Positions 1-9,261 of a stretch of 64,000 bases of DNA are shown here, in pieces. Under the pieces are notes generated by a model that had not been told where the DNA came from, did no database searches, and saw nothing but the letters and a program-made list of their open reading frames with translations. Both the position numbers and the translations under genes were made by a program. Each line of letters opens with the position of its first letter. Position 1 is the stretch's first letter. The stretch is from assembly GCA_016840485.1 (NCBI GenBank), contig JAEOSG010000001.1:11178-75177 (forward strand), given 5' to 3'. Source of the DNA: Candidatus Baldrarchaeota archaeon. Lineage in GTDB: Archaea; Asgardarchaeota; Baldrarchaeia; Baldrarchaeales; DXJG01.

Positions 1-40
1 ACTTGCTCTTAAATGCTATTTAAAGTTCGGTGAATTATGG

Positions 41-547
41 ATGGCAAAGTCGCTGAAAGTGAAGGTTCGCTCTTATAGGGAGGAAGATAGGGAGGAAGCG
101 TCGAAGGTAGCGTATAAAGCTTTTAATAATATTTTGGATGCTAAGTGGGCAACTTGGGGACTCAGTGGCTGCGAAAAGGTTTTAGTAGCTGAAGTAGATG
201 AAAAAGTAGTTGGAGTGGTGGAGTTAGAAAGCTTTTGGTTTAAGGATAAACTTCATGGGTACATTTACTATATATTTGTTGATCCCATATGGCAAAGACA
301 AGGAATTGGAAGTGCTTTACTGAGAGAGGCTGAATTCTACTTTAAGGGGCGAGGAGCTAAATGTCTTTGGGCTACAACTGGTAAAAATAACTTTAAAGTT
401 AGGAAGTTTTTTGAGAAAAATAACTACAAAAATGTCGAACCAAAAGAGCTTAGAAAAAGGTATAGTAGGCGAGAATTTAAATATTTACTTTGGCATCTCT
501 ACTACTGGTCAGAAGATGTAATCTACCTTAAAAACCTGGAACAATAA
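41..547 (+). CDS. GNAT-family N-acetyltransferase
   Basis: 168-aa ORF of typical GNAT size. Acetyl-CoA binding signature QRQGIGSALL follows the strand IYYIFVDP. Confidence 0.75.
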   Translation: MAKSLKVKVRSYREEDREEASKVAYKAFNNILDAKWATWGLSGCEKVLVAEVDEKVVGVVELESFWFKDKLHGYIYYIFVDPIWQRQGIGSALLREAEFYFKGRGAKCLWATTGKNNFKVRKFFEKNNYKNVEPKELRKRYSRREFKYLLWHLYYWSEDVIYLKNLEQ

Positions 548-567
548 GGCATTGTGGAGGAAAAAAT

Positions 568-1566
568 TTGAGTGGAAAATGGGAAGTTGTCCTATGTTCT
601 GGTGCGGAGCACTTAGCAAACCAGTTTAAGAAATTAGGCTACAATATTCATACAAGCGGACTAAACTACGATGGAAAACGGTTCTTCCCGAATAGCGACC
701 TCTATACAAGGCTTGACGGCTTAGAAGAACTTGAAGGAAAACGAGTTTTAGTTGTTCAAAGCGCAACCTACAGCGGAGAACTGGATAAAGAAAAATTTAC
801 CACCGCCGATAGGTTCTGGGAAACCCTACAAGTCTTAGATATATTAAAAAATCCAATAAAGGTCTTTGAAAAAGCACATAAAGAATACGAGTATCAAGAG
901 CTTAAACCACCTAAGGAAATAGTTGTGCTCTATACATTTTTACCATGTGCTCTTCAAGATAAAGCCTTTAAAACAGGAGAGGCAATATCCGCCAAGCTAG
1001 CAGTTGAATTAACACTAATGAAGGCAGACAAAGTAGTTACAATAGACCCGCATCCACCAGAAAAGATACCTTGGGTGAAAAAACTAGTAGAAAACGGCAA
1101 ACTAGAACTATTATCTGCAGTACCAACCTTGATAGAAGAAGCTGCAAAAAGATTCAACTTAGATTTATACGAACTACTAACCCCAGACGAGGGAGCTCAA
1201 GAAAGATTCGGAATCAAAGGCTTCAAAAAACAAAGATTTGACAGCTTCACAGTCATAATTAGCGGCGCCTCCAATGTTAAAGGAAAGAAAATAATCCTTG
1301 TAGACGATCTAACAAAAAGTGGATCAACCCTAATAAAAGCGAGAAACTTCTTACTCGAGAACGGAGCAGAAGAAGTTGTATCATGCGTAACTCACGTTTT
1401 ACCTACCATAGGCGAAGGTGAAAAACTTCTTAGAAACCTTGTTGAAAAACTCGAAGGAAAAATCCTCACAACAAATACGGTTAGAACTAAAACATTTGAA
1501 GAAGAAAACCCAAAATGCCTAGTAGACATAGTACCCATCATTCACAAGTGGTTACAAACAACGTAG
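568..1566 (+). CDS. prs: ribose-phosphate pyrophosphokinase-like phosphoribosyltransferase
   Basis: PRPP-binding loop KIILVDDLTKSGSTL. The N-terminal half (FFPNSD...GKRVLVVQS) is laid out like Prs. TTG start. Confidence 0.6.
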   Translation: MSGKWEVVLCSGAEHLANQFKKLGYNIHTSGLNYDGKRFFPNSDLYTRLDGLEELEGKRVLVVQSATYSGELDKEKFTTADRFWETLQVLDILKNPIKVFEKAHKEYEYQELKPPKEIVVLYTFLPCALQDKAFKTGEAISAKLAVELTLMKADKVVTIDPHPPEKIPWVKKLVENGKLELLSAVPTLIEEAAKRFNLDLYELLTPDEGAQERFGIKGFKKQRFDSFTVIISGASNVKGKKIILVDDLTKSGSTLIKARNFLLENGAEEVVSCVTHVLPTIGEGEKLLRNLVEKLEGKILTTNTVRTKTFEEENPKCLVDIVPIIHKWLQTT

Positions 1567-1615
1567 AAATCCCTTAATAATATTTTAGGTTTCATTAAAT
1601 TTAGGTGGAAATAAA

Positions 1616-3073
1616 TTGGGTATATCATATGACTCCATAAGAATTCCATTAGAAGTAGAGTTGGATCCGTCTCAATTTGAGAAATTTCTGAGATTTATCG
1701 AAGAATATTACATAGCACCTAAGTCCTCACTAATTTTTAGATACACTGTAGAAAGAACTGTAGAAGGATATGTTGTTAAGTTTTTCGAAGTTTGTCCTGC
1801 ATATCCACAACTCTACGCTCAAATATCTATTTTTGTAACAACAAAACCACATGCCGAGGTATATTATCCACCCACTTGTCCCTCCGAGTGGCTAACATCA
1901 ATAGTATATCATTTAAAAAGAACTGGGCAAACATTTGCTAGAACAGAAGGGAATGCAGTCCTTTCACTGCTATTTATAACTGGGAAACCGCCATTAATGG
2001 AAAAACTCAAAGCACCCAGATCACTTGGTCTATTCAGCGACAGCATGATAATGTTATATATGTTCGCTTATCTCATAATTCTCGTCGTCTTTTTTATAAA
2101 ACCTCTGTTAGCCATCGTAATGGCTATCGGTATACAGCTAGCCATTCTTTTTAACGCCGATAAAATAGTTTATTCGATGGGAAGATGGAAAATAACAGAT
2201 GAATATAACATTGTGCAACTAGTAAAAATAGTAACACGATATAGAGATCTTCAATGGTTTTTGCACATGTATGGAAGCTCAATTACCGAGATTAAACAAG
2301 CAATCTACGAAAGAACAATAGCTCTCGGAGAACTAATAACACCCCTCAAAGTTTTGGAAACACTAGAGGACATAGGAATAAACATAGAGATTAGACAACT
2401 AGAGGTTAAAAACATCGATCTTTACAGGCTAGTTTCAATTCTAGCCAATAAATTCAAAGTACATAGACCGAAAATAGCAATAGCCAACGTTTTATTACCA
2501 AATGCTGCAGCAGCTGGAATTTCTTCCAAAAGATCAACACTACTTATAACTTCTGGCCTCCTAGGTATATGCGACGAAGGTGAACTTGAAGTCATTGTTG
2601 GACATGAATTTTCTCACATTAAGGGTAAAGACCCACTTTGCTTGTTTATACTCTTCATAGGAGAGTACATATTAAGAATTTTTCTTTTCTACAAGTTTCC
2701 ATTCCTCGTTCAATTTTGGCTCTTATACTTTTTCATTGCCTTCACTTTTCTCTTTTTTATTGCAAAATTTTTTGAAGCAAAATCAGATCTAGAAGCCATA
2801 TATGTTTCTGGGAAACCTAAGGAACTTGCTTCAGCTCTCAGAAAATTCACCATATACATGCCGGCATATAAACTACGTAGATCCGTACTTAAATGGTTCA
2901 GTTGGGATCCTCATCCACCTCTCTGGTTCAGAATAGAAAGGTCAGAAGAGTATGCAGCGAAGGGGCTAGAACCAGTAAAGCATTTCCTGCTTAGAAGCGT
3001 AGTAGACGTTATTAAAGGTTTACTTAGAGATTTATTCAAATTAAAGCCCAAAAAATATATGCAGGGAGAATAA
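1616..3073 (+). CDS. M48/HtpX-like membrane zinc metalloprotease
   Basis: HEXXH motif (VGHEFSHIKG) flanked by several hydrophobic helices. Has a ~120-aa N-terminal soluble extension. Confidence 0.65.
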   Translation: MGISYDSIRIPLEVELDPSQFEKFLRFIEEYYIAPKSSLIFRYTVERTVEGYVVKFFEVCPAYPQLYAQISIFVTTKPHAEVYYPPTCPSEWLTSIVYHLKRTGQTFARTEGNAVLSLLFITGKPPLMEKLKAPRSLGLFSDSMIMLYMFAYLIILVVFFIKPLLAIVMAIGIQLAILFNADKIVYSMGRWKITDEYNIVQLVKIVTRYRDLQWFLHMYGSSITEIKQAIYERTIALGELITPLKVLETLEDIGINIEIRQLEVKNIDLYRLVSILANKFKVHRPKIAIANVLLPNAAAAGISSKRSTLLITSGLLGICDEGELEVIVGHEFSHIKGKDPLCLFILFIGEYILRIFLFYKFPFLVQFWLLYFFIAFTFLFFIAKFFEAKSDLEAIYVSGKPKELASALRKFTIYMPAYKLRRSVLKWFSWDPHPPLWFRIERSEEYAAKGLEPVKHFLLRSVVDVIKGLLRDLFKLKPKKYMQGE

Positions 3074-3075
3074 AC

Positions 3076-3513
3076 TCATTTGTATGTAAAGAAGGCGCAG
3101 TGAAGGTCTTTAAGTGTTGAGAATCTAAGTTCTAGGGAAGTTTTTCCGAACAATTTATCTACAATTTCCTGCATGGCTTCAGAAAGCATGTCTAAGTCTT
3201 TGTCTTCAAATGCTTTCAGAAGTTTTTCCGCGATTTTGAAGGCTTCGTTCTCAAAAATTTTACCATACTTCTCAGGTTTTTTCTTCATGAACTCAATAAC
3301 TTTCCTAGGAGACTCTGTGTTATTAACAAGTATAGAGTTTATAACCATGTCAAGAACAAACTCAGCAGCAGCCTTGTAATCATCTTCCTTTACCTTACTT
3401 GAAATCATTTCAGCATCGTTTCTAGCTATTGTATGTAAATCTTCGCGAGCATTTTCCACATATTGTTTAAAGTTTTTTAAATCCTCTTCCGACGGAGCTT
3501 CTTTCCATGACAT
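3076..3513 (-). CDS. hypothetical all-helical acidic protein
   Basis: Clean 145-aa ORF with no recognisable motif. Co-directional with the ORFs downstream of tnpB. Confidence 0.4.
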   Translation of the reverse strand: MSWKEAPSEEDLKNFKQYVENAREDLHTIARNDAEMISSKVKEDDYKAAAEFVLDMVINSILVNNTESPRKVIEFMKKKPEKYGKIFENEAFKIAEKLLKAFEDKDLDMLSEAMQEIVDKLFGKTSLELRFSTLKDLHCAFFTYK

Positions 3514-3585
3514 AAAATCACAACCAAGCTAATTAACGTGAAATTCAATTCACTAATTACCTTTAAAATGTTTTCATTCGGAACC

Positions 3586-3987
3586 TTATTTATCCGAAAA
3601 TTTAGTCTTTTGGGAAATAATTATCTTTATTTCTTTTACATTTTCCCCCTTGGTTGCAAAATCTTCAATCCTTGAAAGTATCACATTTGTGGGTTGATCT
3701 GCAAGTTCTTTTGGCGTTACAGCAACTACTCTAAGCCCTAAACTTAACCATTCAAAAATCGCTCCAAAAAATTGCTCCTCATTCATTGTTCGAATAAGAA
3801 CAATTGCATAATACTCAGCAGCCTTGCGTTTCCCGTCACATGCTAACTCAAAACTTAAAGGAAGGAAACTCCCCTTTTTCTTAAAATCATCAATTAAATA
3901 ATGTCTAAGAATAACATTTCCAAGCTTTGTACTTACATCGTAGAAAACTACTTTTTCTTCTCCAAGCTTCAATTCCCAGCTATGCAA
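3586..3987 (-). CDS. hypothetical protein
   Basis: 133-aa ORF with no motif recognised. Confidence 0.4.
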   Translation of the reverse strand: MHSWELKLGEEKVVFYDVSTKLGNVILRHYLIDDFKKKGSFLPLSFELACDGKRKAAEYYAIVLIRTMNEEQFFGAIFEWLSLGLRVVAVTPKELADQPTNVILSRIEDFATKGENVKEIKIIISQKTKFSDK

Positions 3988-4054
3988 GTAGATCCCCTTT
4001 TTACAATGGCTTTTTACAATTTATTATTCTCTGTATAATGCTATTTTATTCTTT

Positions 4055-4354
4055 CTATTTTCTTTTTCCTAAAAAATCAAATATCCCTGCTTTTGACTCA
4101 TCTAGCTCGGCTACTTCTCTCGAGTAAGCAGTAATTTCCACTCTTCCGCTTTTTTTAAAGAGAATTTCGCACATCAAATAACCAGAATCATCATAAAATA
4201 TCTCAAGTTTCTCATCAGCATCAAAAGCATCAGCCAAAAAAATGGAACGCAAATTGTACAATCGAAGTAGTTTTCTCCTAAAAGAATTAAATTGTTTATT
4301 CATCCTATGACTAATTGATTCAAAAACATCTGGAAGTTCCATGAACCACTTCAC
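4055..4354 (-). CDS. hypothetical protein (coding status uncertain)
   Basis: 99-aa ORF starting (GTG 4354 or ATG 4342) only 5 nt after the tnpB stop. It could instead overlap the right-end/guide-RNA region of the element. Confidence 0.3.
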   Translation of the reverse strand: MKWFMELPDVFESISHRMNKQFNSFRRKLLRLYNLRSIFLADAFDADEKLEIFYDDSGYLMCEILFKKSGRVEITAYSREVAELDESKAGIFDFLGKRK

Positions 4355-4359
4355 GTTAA

Positions 4360-5556
4360 CTACCTCGTAACCGTTCTAGGAGGCTTAACATTTTGTAATA
4401 TTTTGTCTCCCTTCCTCCCTCCAGTTTCATTGGGAGGCTTTCGGCGGGAACGGGGCTCGCCACATCTATCTGTTTTTAATACTTTTAACCTAATGTTCCA
4501 TGCTCCTATAACGTCTCTATCAGCTATTAAACCACATCTCTTACATTTCATTGTTCTGTACTGCCCATTCGGGCTTAGTTTTGCCCCACATATCGGGCAG
4601 TAAGTAGAAGTGCCCTTAGCATCAATATAAACTACGGGAATTCCATTCAACTTAGCTTTATATTCAATTATTTTTTGAAGTTTGCGAAAACTCCACCTAT
4701 GCAACCTACCATTCATTTCCCTAGAAAACTTAATCCTCTTCCTAATGTTTTTGATGTCCTCCAATGCTATTGCCGAGTTTGACTTTAAAGCTTCTTTAAC
4801 AACCCAATTCGCAACTACATGATAAACATCCAAAACTCTATTCTTCTCCCTTTCACCATACTTAGCTAAAAGTTTCCTCCTAATTTTCCCACCCTTAATT
4901 TTAGACTGAATCCTTCTACGCTTCAAAAAATAAGCAATTCTAATATTTTTCTCCCCCGTAACCCTACGTTCAAAGCCATTTGGCTTAGCTATAGTAACAT
5001 TATTTTCATTAACATCCGCACCAATAACATTAATTGGCTTCTCAACTTCAACATCTTTCGAGAAAACAACATTTAAGAATAAATCATTATTTCTTTTAAT
5101 TAGCCATGCTTGTCCAATTTTCCAATATTTAAACTTCTCATGATATTTTCCATGTAGAAGTTTAAGCTTAACTCTTCCGTTCGGTGTTGCTATTGCAGCA
5201 ACCCAGTCATCAAGTTTTAAAGTGAAAAGAATATCGTCAAGCATAATAACATCCTTTCTAAATACAGGCTTATCTCCTTTGGCTTTACCTTTTCTTTTAA
5301 GTTTTCTAAAGGACTTGTATATTGAACACGTCATTTGACAAGCAGTATAAACATAATGAGATGGAAATTCAGGATATTTTCCCCGCATTTCATAGTATTT
5401 TTCTGATTTAAGCCTTTTAAAAGAAGTTATGTTTTTCAAGAAAGCGTAGTTCAACAATTCATTTACAAGTTGCTTATATAAGTTGAACATGTCAGGAACT
5501 TCTCCTTCGATTTTGAAACATGCAGTAAGTTTAACTGTTTCTCCCACCACTTCCAC
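4360..5556 (-). CDS. tnpB: TnpB (IS200/IS605-IS607 OrfB) RNA-guided nuclease-like protein
   Basis: RuvC-I D in VIGADVNENN and RuvC-II E in AIALEDIKNI. Zn ribbon is CPICG...CKRCG and RuvC-III D is in ADRDVIGAWNI. GTG start. Confidence 0.85.
   Translation of the reverse strand: MEVVGETVKLTACFKIEGEVPDMFNLYKQLVNELLNYAFLKNITSFKRLKSEKYYEMRGKYPEFPSHYVYTACQMTCSIYKSFRKLKRKGKAKGDKPVFRKDVIMLDDILFTLKLDDWVAAIATPNGRVKLKLLHGKYHEKFKYWKIGQAWLIKRNNDLFLNVVFSKDVEVEKPINVIGADVNENNVTIAKPNGFERRVTGEKNIRIAYFLKRRRIQSKIKGGKIRRKLLAKYGEREKNRVLDVYHVVANWVVKEALKSNSAIALEDIKNIRKRIKFSREMNGRLHRWSFRKLQKIIEYKAKLNGIPVVYIDAKGTSTYCPICGAKLSPNGQYRTMKCKRCGLIADRDVIGAWNIRLKVLKTDRCGEPRSRRKPPNETGGRKGDKILQNVKPPRTVTR
4406..4463 (-). ncRNA. 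candidate TnpB guide-RNA (omega/reRNA) scaffold segment
   Basis: 37 of 58 nt are G/C in an AT-rich window. There are two adjacent hairpins (4414-4437 and 4443-4461) inside the poorly protein-like C-terminal tail of tnpB. Confidence 0.3.
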
Positions 5557-5743
5557 CCACTATTTTTCGAATTTCACTTTCTGGAATACGATGTCTGCCG
5601 CTTGGAAGTTTGATAGCTCTGATTTTCCCCTCCTTAATCCACTTCCAAAGCGTTCTCCTATCAATTCTCAAAATCTCACAAACTTCCTTAACCCTATAAA
5701 GCCTCTCAAATTTAGACATAATACACATAAAGAGACAAAACAA
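5531..5743 (-). CDS. MerR/excisionase-family helix-turn-helix protein (IS607 TnpA N-terminal-like, no recombinase domain)
   Basis: LYRVKEVCEILRIDRRTLWKWIKEGKIRAIKLPSGRHRIPESEI matches the excisionase/IS607 TnpA HTH pattern. Only 70 aa. Overlaps the tnpB start by 26 nt. Confidence 0.6.
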   Translation of the reverse strand: MFCLFMCIMSKFERLYRVKEVCEILRIDRRTLWKWIKEGKIRAIKLPSGRHRIPESEIRKIVGGSGGRNS

Positions 5744-5876
5744 TATATAAATCTAACTATTTCAAAACTGCTGAGTTACCCTTTTAGGAAAAACCCATAT
5801 ATTTCAATTTTCCCTTTTTAAGAAGTTAATATATATATATATCATTTCATCATCATAATTCGCTAAAGGTAACATT

Positions 5877-6860
5877 TTGAAAGTTTTGGAGATGTTTAAA
5901 ATGAAAATATTGATAACAGGCGGAACTGGTTTTATAGGTAGACATTTAATCGAAAAATTAAAGGAAGAAAGTCATGACATTACGGTTTACGCAATAGATC
6001 CCCTTGAAATAGAGGGCATAAAAGTAATTATAGGTGATATAAGAGACAATGCGAACCTCGAAGAAGTTTTTAAAAAAGTTCAACCAGAGCTGGTTTTTCA
6101 CCTCGCTGCAATAGTAAGTTATTCAGCACCAAAAGAACTAATGTATTCTGTTAACGTTGAAGGAACAAGAAACGTAGTAGATAAATGTTTGAAATACGAC
6201 TCAAAAATCATTTTCACAAGCTCTGTATCAGTCATAGGAAAATTTAAAGGCATAGCAAACGAGGAAACACCTTGTAGGCCATTCACAACATACGGGAAAA
6301 CAAAACTAGAAGCAGAAAAAATTGTATTAAATGCACATAAGGAAAATGGCCTTCCAATAGCTATAATAAGACCTGCTCCAGCATATGGAGAAGGATCACC
6401 ACAGTACAGAGTTCTAATACCCCTAATAGCAAAAGGAAAACTACCAATAATCGGTTCAGGAGAAACATTAACCCATCAAATATACGTTAGAAACTTAATT
6501 GATGCACTTCTCTTACTTGCTTACGAAAAAAGGGCAGAAGGGGAAATTTTCATAGCTGCCGACGAGGAAACAATAACATTAAAAGAACTGTACTTTCTTA
6601 TCCTAGACTACTTGGGGATTAAAAGAGAAGTAAAACATATACCAGTATTTTTAGCAAAATTTGGCGTATTTCTTTCAGAGATAAAAGCTAAGTTCACAGG
6701 CGAAAAACCAAAAATGAGTAAAGAATTTCTAGAAACAATACTTACACATCGCCACTATGACATTTCGAAGATCAAAAGTATAGGATACAAGCCGAAATAT
6801 ACTCTTAGAGAAGGAATGACACGAACAATAGAATGGTGCAAAAAAGAAGGTCTCGTCTAA
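5877..6860 (+). CDS. NAD-dependent epimerase/dehydratase (SDR family)
   Basis: Rossmann motif ITGGTGFIGRHL and catalytic YGKTK (YxxxK). The true start is probably ATG 5892 or 5898. Confidence 0.8.
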   Translation: MKVLEMFKMKILITGGTGFIGRHLIEKLKEESHDITVYAIDPLEIEGIKVIIGDIRDNANLEEVFKKVQPELVFHLAAIVSYSAPKELMYSVNVEGTRNVVDKCLKYDSKIIFTSSVSVIGKFKGIANEETPCRPFTTYGKTKLEAEKIVLNAHKENGLPIAIIRPAPAYGEGSPQYRVLIPLIAKGKLPIIGSGETLTHQIYVRNLIDALLLLAYEKRAEGEIFIAADEETITLKELYFLILDYLGIKREVKHIPVFLAKFGVFLSEIKAKFTGEKPKMSKEFLETILTHRHYDISKIKSIGYKPKYTLREGMTRTIEWCKKEGLV

Positions 6861-6987
6861 ACTAATTTTATCATCAAACTAATATATAGAAATGGCGCCA
6901 CTTAAGACCACTGCGCTATCGATTCTATCGTATTATTTATAAAGACAAAGATATGTGAATTAAATCGGCTTAAAAGGGGAACAGGGT

Positions 6988-7233
6988 ATGAATATGCTCC
7001 AACAAACCAGAGAAAACAACAATAAATACATATGGCGGCTAGTAGTCCTTACACAAGGAGAAAGCCCTCGAAAACCACCAATACCGCCCTCAGCAATAAA
7101 ATGGAAAAACTCAGGGATACTTTATACATTTTGGTTTCTTGATGAAGAAGAAGCAGAAAAATGGAGAAGTTATTTTGCGTCCGAAAAAGATTTCCTGGTT
7201 TTCTGGTTTCTAAAGGAAAAAAGAAAACAATAG
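6988..7233 (+). CDS. hypothetical protein
   Basis: 81-aa ORF with no motif. Confidence 0.3.
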   Translation: MNMLQQTRENNNKYIWRLVVLTQGESPRKPPIPPSAIKWKNSGILYTFWFLDEEEAEKWRSYFASEKDFLVFWFLKEKRKQ

Positions 7234-7334
7234 ATGCAAGTCAATACTTTTTTAAATAATTTTTCTTCTAAAAAATGTGTCAAAAATACGTCAAGCTTTC
7301 ATCGCATTAAGCTTAAAAGGGTGAGGGCATTTAA

Positions 7335-7853
7335 ATGCCCTTAATCCCTTGGAAACTTGTTACAACATGGTCTTGTTTTGCATGCGGCAAATGTTGTCGT
7401 AAATTTAAAGTCCCGTTAAGCCTCAGTGAAGCGCAAAAACTGATGGAAAAATACGGTAGTAACGTCATAGAATTTGAAAGAGGGATCCCCTATCTAAAGA
7501 GAAAGGGTGGAACATGCATATTCCAAGACGGGAATATCTGTAGTATACAAGAAGATAAACCAACTGCATGTAAGCTTTGGCCCTTCTACGTCAAAAAAGC
7601 GCCCTTGCATCCAAACGATTTCTTCTCAGCACACTATAGATACAAGGATAAGGTCTTTTACATTTATGTTCACAGTTGGTGCACTGGAGTTAACAAAGGA
7701 GTTATTCCCATACATAAAATCCTACCAGAAGTTGTATCACTGTATTTAGGGGAGCAAACGTCTCAAATCTTCACTACATCAACATTCCACCCAGAAGACT
7801 TACTAATTAACATTATAACAACTACTAAGCTCGTTACAAACAAAATCCTTTAG
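7335..7853 (+). CDS. YkgJ/UPF0153-type Cys-rich (Fe-S or Zn) protein
   Basis: N-terminal CxxCxxCC signature (CFACGKCC) plus downstream Cys residues (CIFQDGNCSI, CKLWP). Confidence 0.55.
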   Translation: MPLIPWKLVTTWSCFACGKCCRKFKVPLSLSEAQKLMEKYGSNVIEFERGIPYLKRKGGTCIFQDGNICSIQEDKPTACKLWPFYVKKAPLHPNDFFSAHYRYKDKVFYIYVHSWCTGVNKGVIPIHKILPEVVSLYLGEQTSQIFTTSTFHPEDLLINIITTTKLVTNKIL

Positions 7854-8699
7854 TTCCCGTAGGAACTGCGAATATCTGGGAGAACCTAACGGCTGATACT
7901 CACAAATAGCTATCTCTAACTTATTATTTTCTAACCGTAGAAGAATTTCTTTACTATTAGATAAATTAATATAACTCTTGAGGAGAGAAACGAGCTTGTC
8001 ATACCACTCTGGTACTTCTTCCCCCTCGTTAGCAGGTCTTTCGCTTTTTTCCTCATTTTCCGATATTGTCGTTAAAATTGGCTTTTCTAATCTTAAGGGA
8101 TAACTAAACTGAAAGATCAAAAATCGACCGTACCGATTATCAAAGACTCCAGAATCAATAATGATGAGATCTATGTTGTTTTTTGCGCGAAACACTAGAT
8201 CACGAGGACCATAAGCCAATTTTTTTCCACTATTCTCAATAATCATATCTATAAGGTCTTCTTCACTTAACTCTCTTTGTAACTCTACCTTTACATCTAA
8301 ATGTTGCTGAAAAAACATTAACTCCTCATTTATTATGTTTTTACCTAGTTCTAAAAGATTTTTCTCTTTCTTTAACGCCCTTTTCTCAATATTTCTCCCT
8401 AAGAGCGTTAAGATCGTGTTTATTGGGAGAACAATAAAGAGAGAGGAGGAAATAAATGACAGAAAAAGAACGTCCACAAAGTTCGAGAGTAAAATAACAC
8501 CTGGAGAGAAACGCAGCAAAAACAAAGGAGTAAAAACAATGAAAACAATCAATGTTTCAAGCGATATAAACCTCAACTCGCCCGTGCGAGAAAGAATTCG
8601 GACAAATTTATTATTAGAATACATTTTCAACTTAAATTCTTCAACCTTTTTTAAGAACATACTTCTTATGGTGTCTAAATCAACATCCATTAAATTCAC
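7803..8699 (-). CDS. hypothetical membrane protein (2-3 TM helices + C-terminal soluble domain)
   Basis: Hydrophobic block LIVFIVFTPLFLL...FIVLPINTILTLL. Last gene of the amz operon, 4 nt after the amz stop. Confidence 0.45.
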   Translation of the reverse strand: MNLMDVDLDTIRSMFLKKVEEFKLKMYSNNKFVRILSRTGELRFISLETLIVFIVFTPLFLLRFSPGVILLSNFVDVLFLSFISSSLFIVLPINTILTLLGRNIEKRALKKEKNLLELGKNIINEELMFFQQHLDVKVELQRELSEEDLIDMIIENSGKKLAYGPRDLVFRAKNNIDLIIIDSGVFDNRYGRFLIFQFSYPLRLEKPILTTISENEEKSERPANEGEEVPEWYDKLVSLLKSYINLSNSKEILLRLENNKLEIAICEYQPLGSPRYSQFLRELKDFVCNELSSCYNVN

Positions 8700-8703
8700 C
8701 TTT

Positions 8704-9261
8704 TCATTCGTTTAGGTACTTTTTTAAAGCTCGGTCAACCTTCTTCCTGCAAGTTGAACAGAAATTTTTGGTTTTAAAATCTGTTTCTCCAACATGATTA
8801 CTAAACCTCATAACACATCTGGGATTATCACAATGATTAAGACCAAGCGTATGACCAATCTCGTGGATAACAGTTTTAACAACCCTTTCCAATAGAAGAT
8901 CCATATCAGGAGGCTCACCGTAAACTTCAGGTCTAAGCATAAAAAGAGAAACAACAGCACCAAGCCCATGTAAACTAGCTTGGCCAAAAACAAAATTCAA
9001 ACCTGGAACAAAAAGATTAACATCAGTAATAGCTACAACTCTCGTAAAATGCAACATCCTTGCGTAACTTTCTGCCAATGATACAAAAAACGAAGCATGA
9101 TACTGCTTTCTTTCTGGAGAATAAGCCTCACTGGGAACAGGAAGACTTTCTGGATAAATTTCACAAATTGCACCGTAAACTTCCTTTAATGCTTCACAAA
9201 TACCCCTAAGAATTTTATTTGGAACACTTCCTATAGGAAGTATCAGTATTTTAAACAACAC
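8704..9261 (-). CDS. amzA: archaemetzincin (zinc metalloprotease)
   Basis: HEIGHTLGLNHC...CVM...CSTC matches the archaemetzincin HEXXHXXGXXHC / CxxC signature. The GTG start abuts the upstream stop (TAAGTG). Confidence 0.85.
   Translation of the reverse strand: MLFKILILPIGSVPNKILRGICEALKEVYGAICEIYPESLPVPSEAYSPERKQYHASFFVSLAESYARMLHFTRVVAITDVNLFVPGLNFVFGQASLHGLGAVVSLFMLRPEVYGEPPDMDLLLERVVKTVIHEIGHTLGLNHCDNPRCVMRFSNHVGETDFKTKNFCSTCRKKVDRALKKYLNE

Larger units (their letters stand above)
4360..5743 (-). mobile_element. IS607/IS605-like element remnant (HTH module + tnpB, no transposase catalytic domain); ends not defined
   Basis: Gene content only. I could not identify terminal structures. Confidence 0.45.

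Noticed and set aside
5534-5557. GGSGG junction as a sign of an engineered (synthetic linker) construct
   Set aside because: The surrounding 64 kb looks like a natural archaeal chromosome with native operon structure and pseudogenes. A short Gly/Ser stretch can arise naturally, and there is no vector-like sequence nearby.
5829-5842. (AT)7 microsatellite as the left terminus of the TnpB element
   Set aside because: There is no matching structure at the other side and no subterminal hairpins that I could pair with it. It could simply be promoter-region low complexity between divergent genes.
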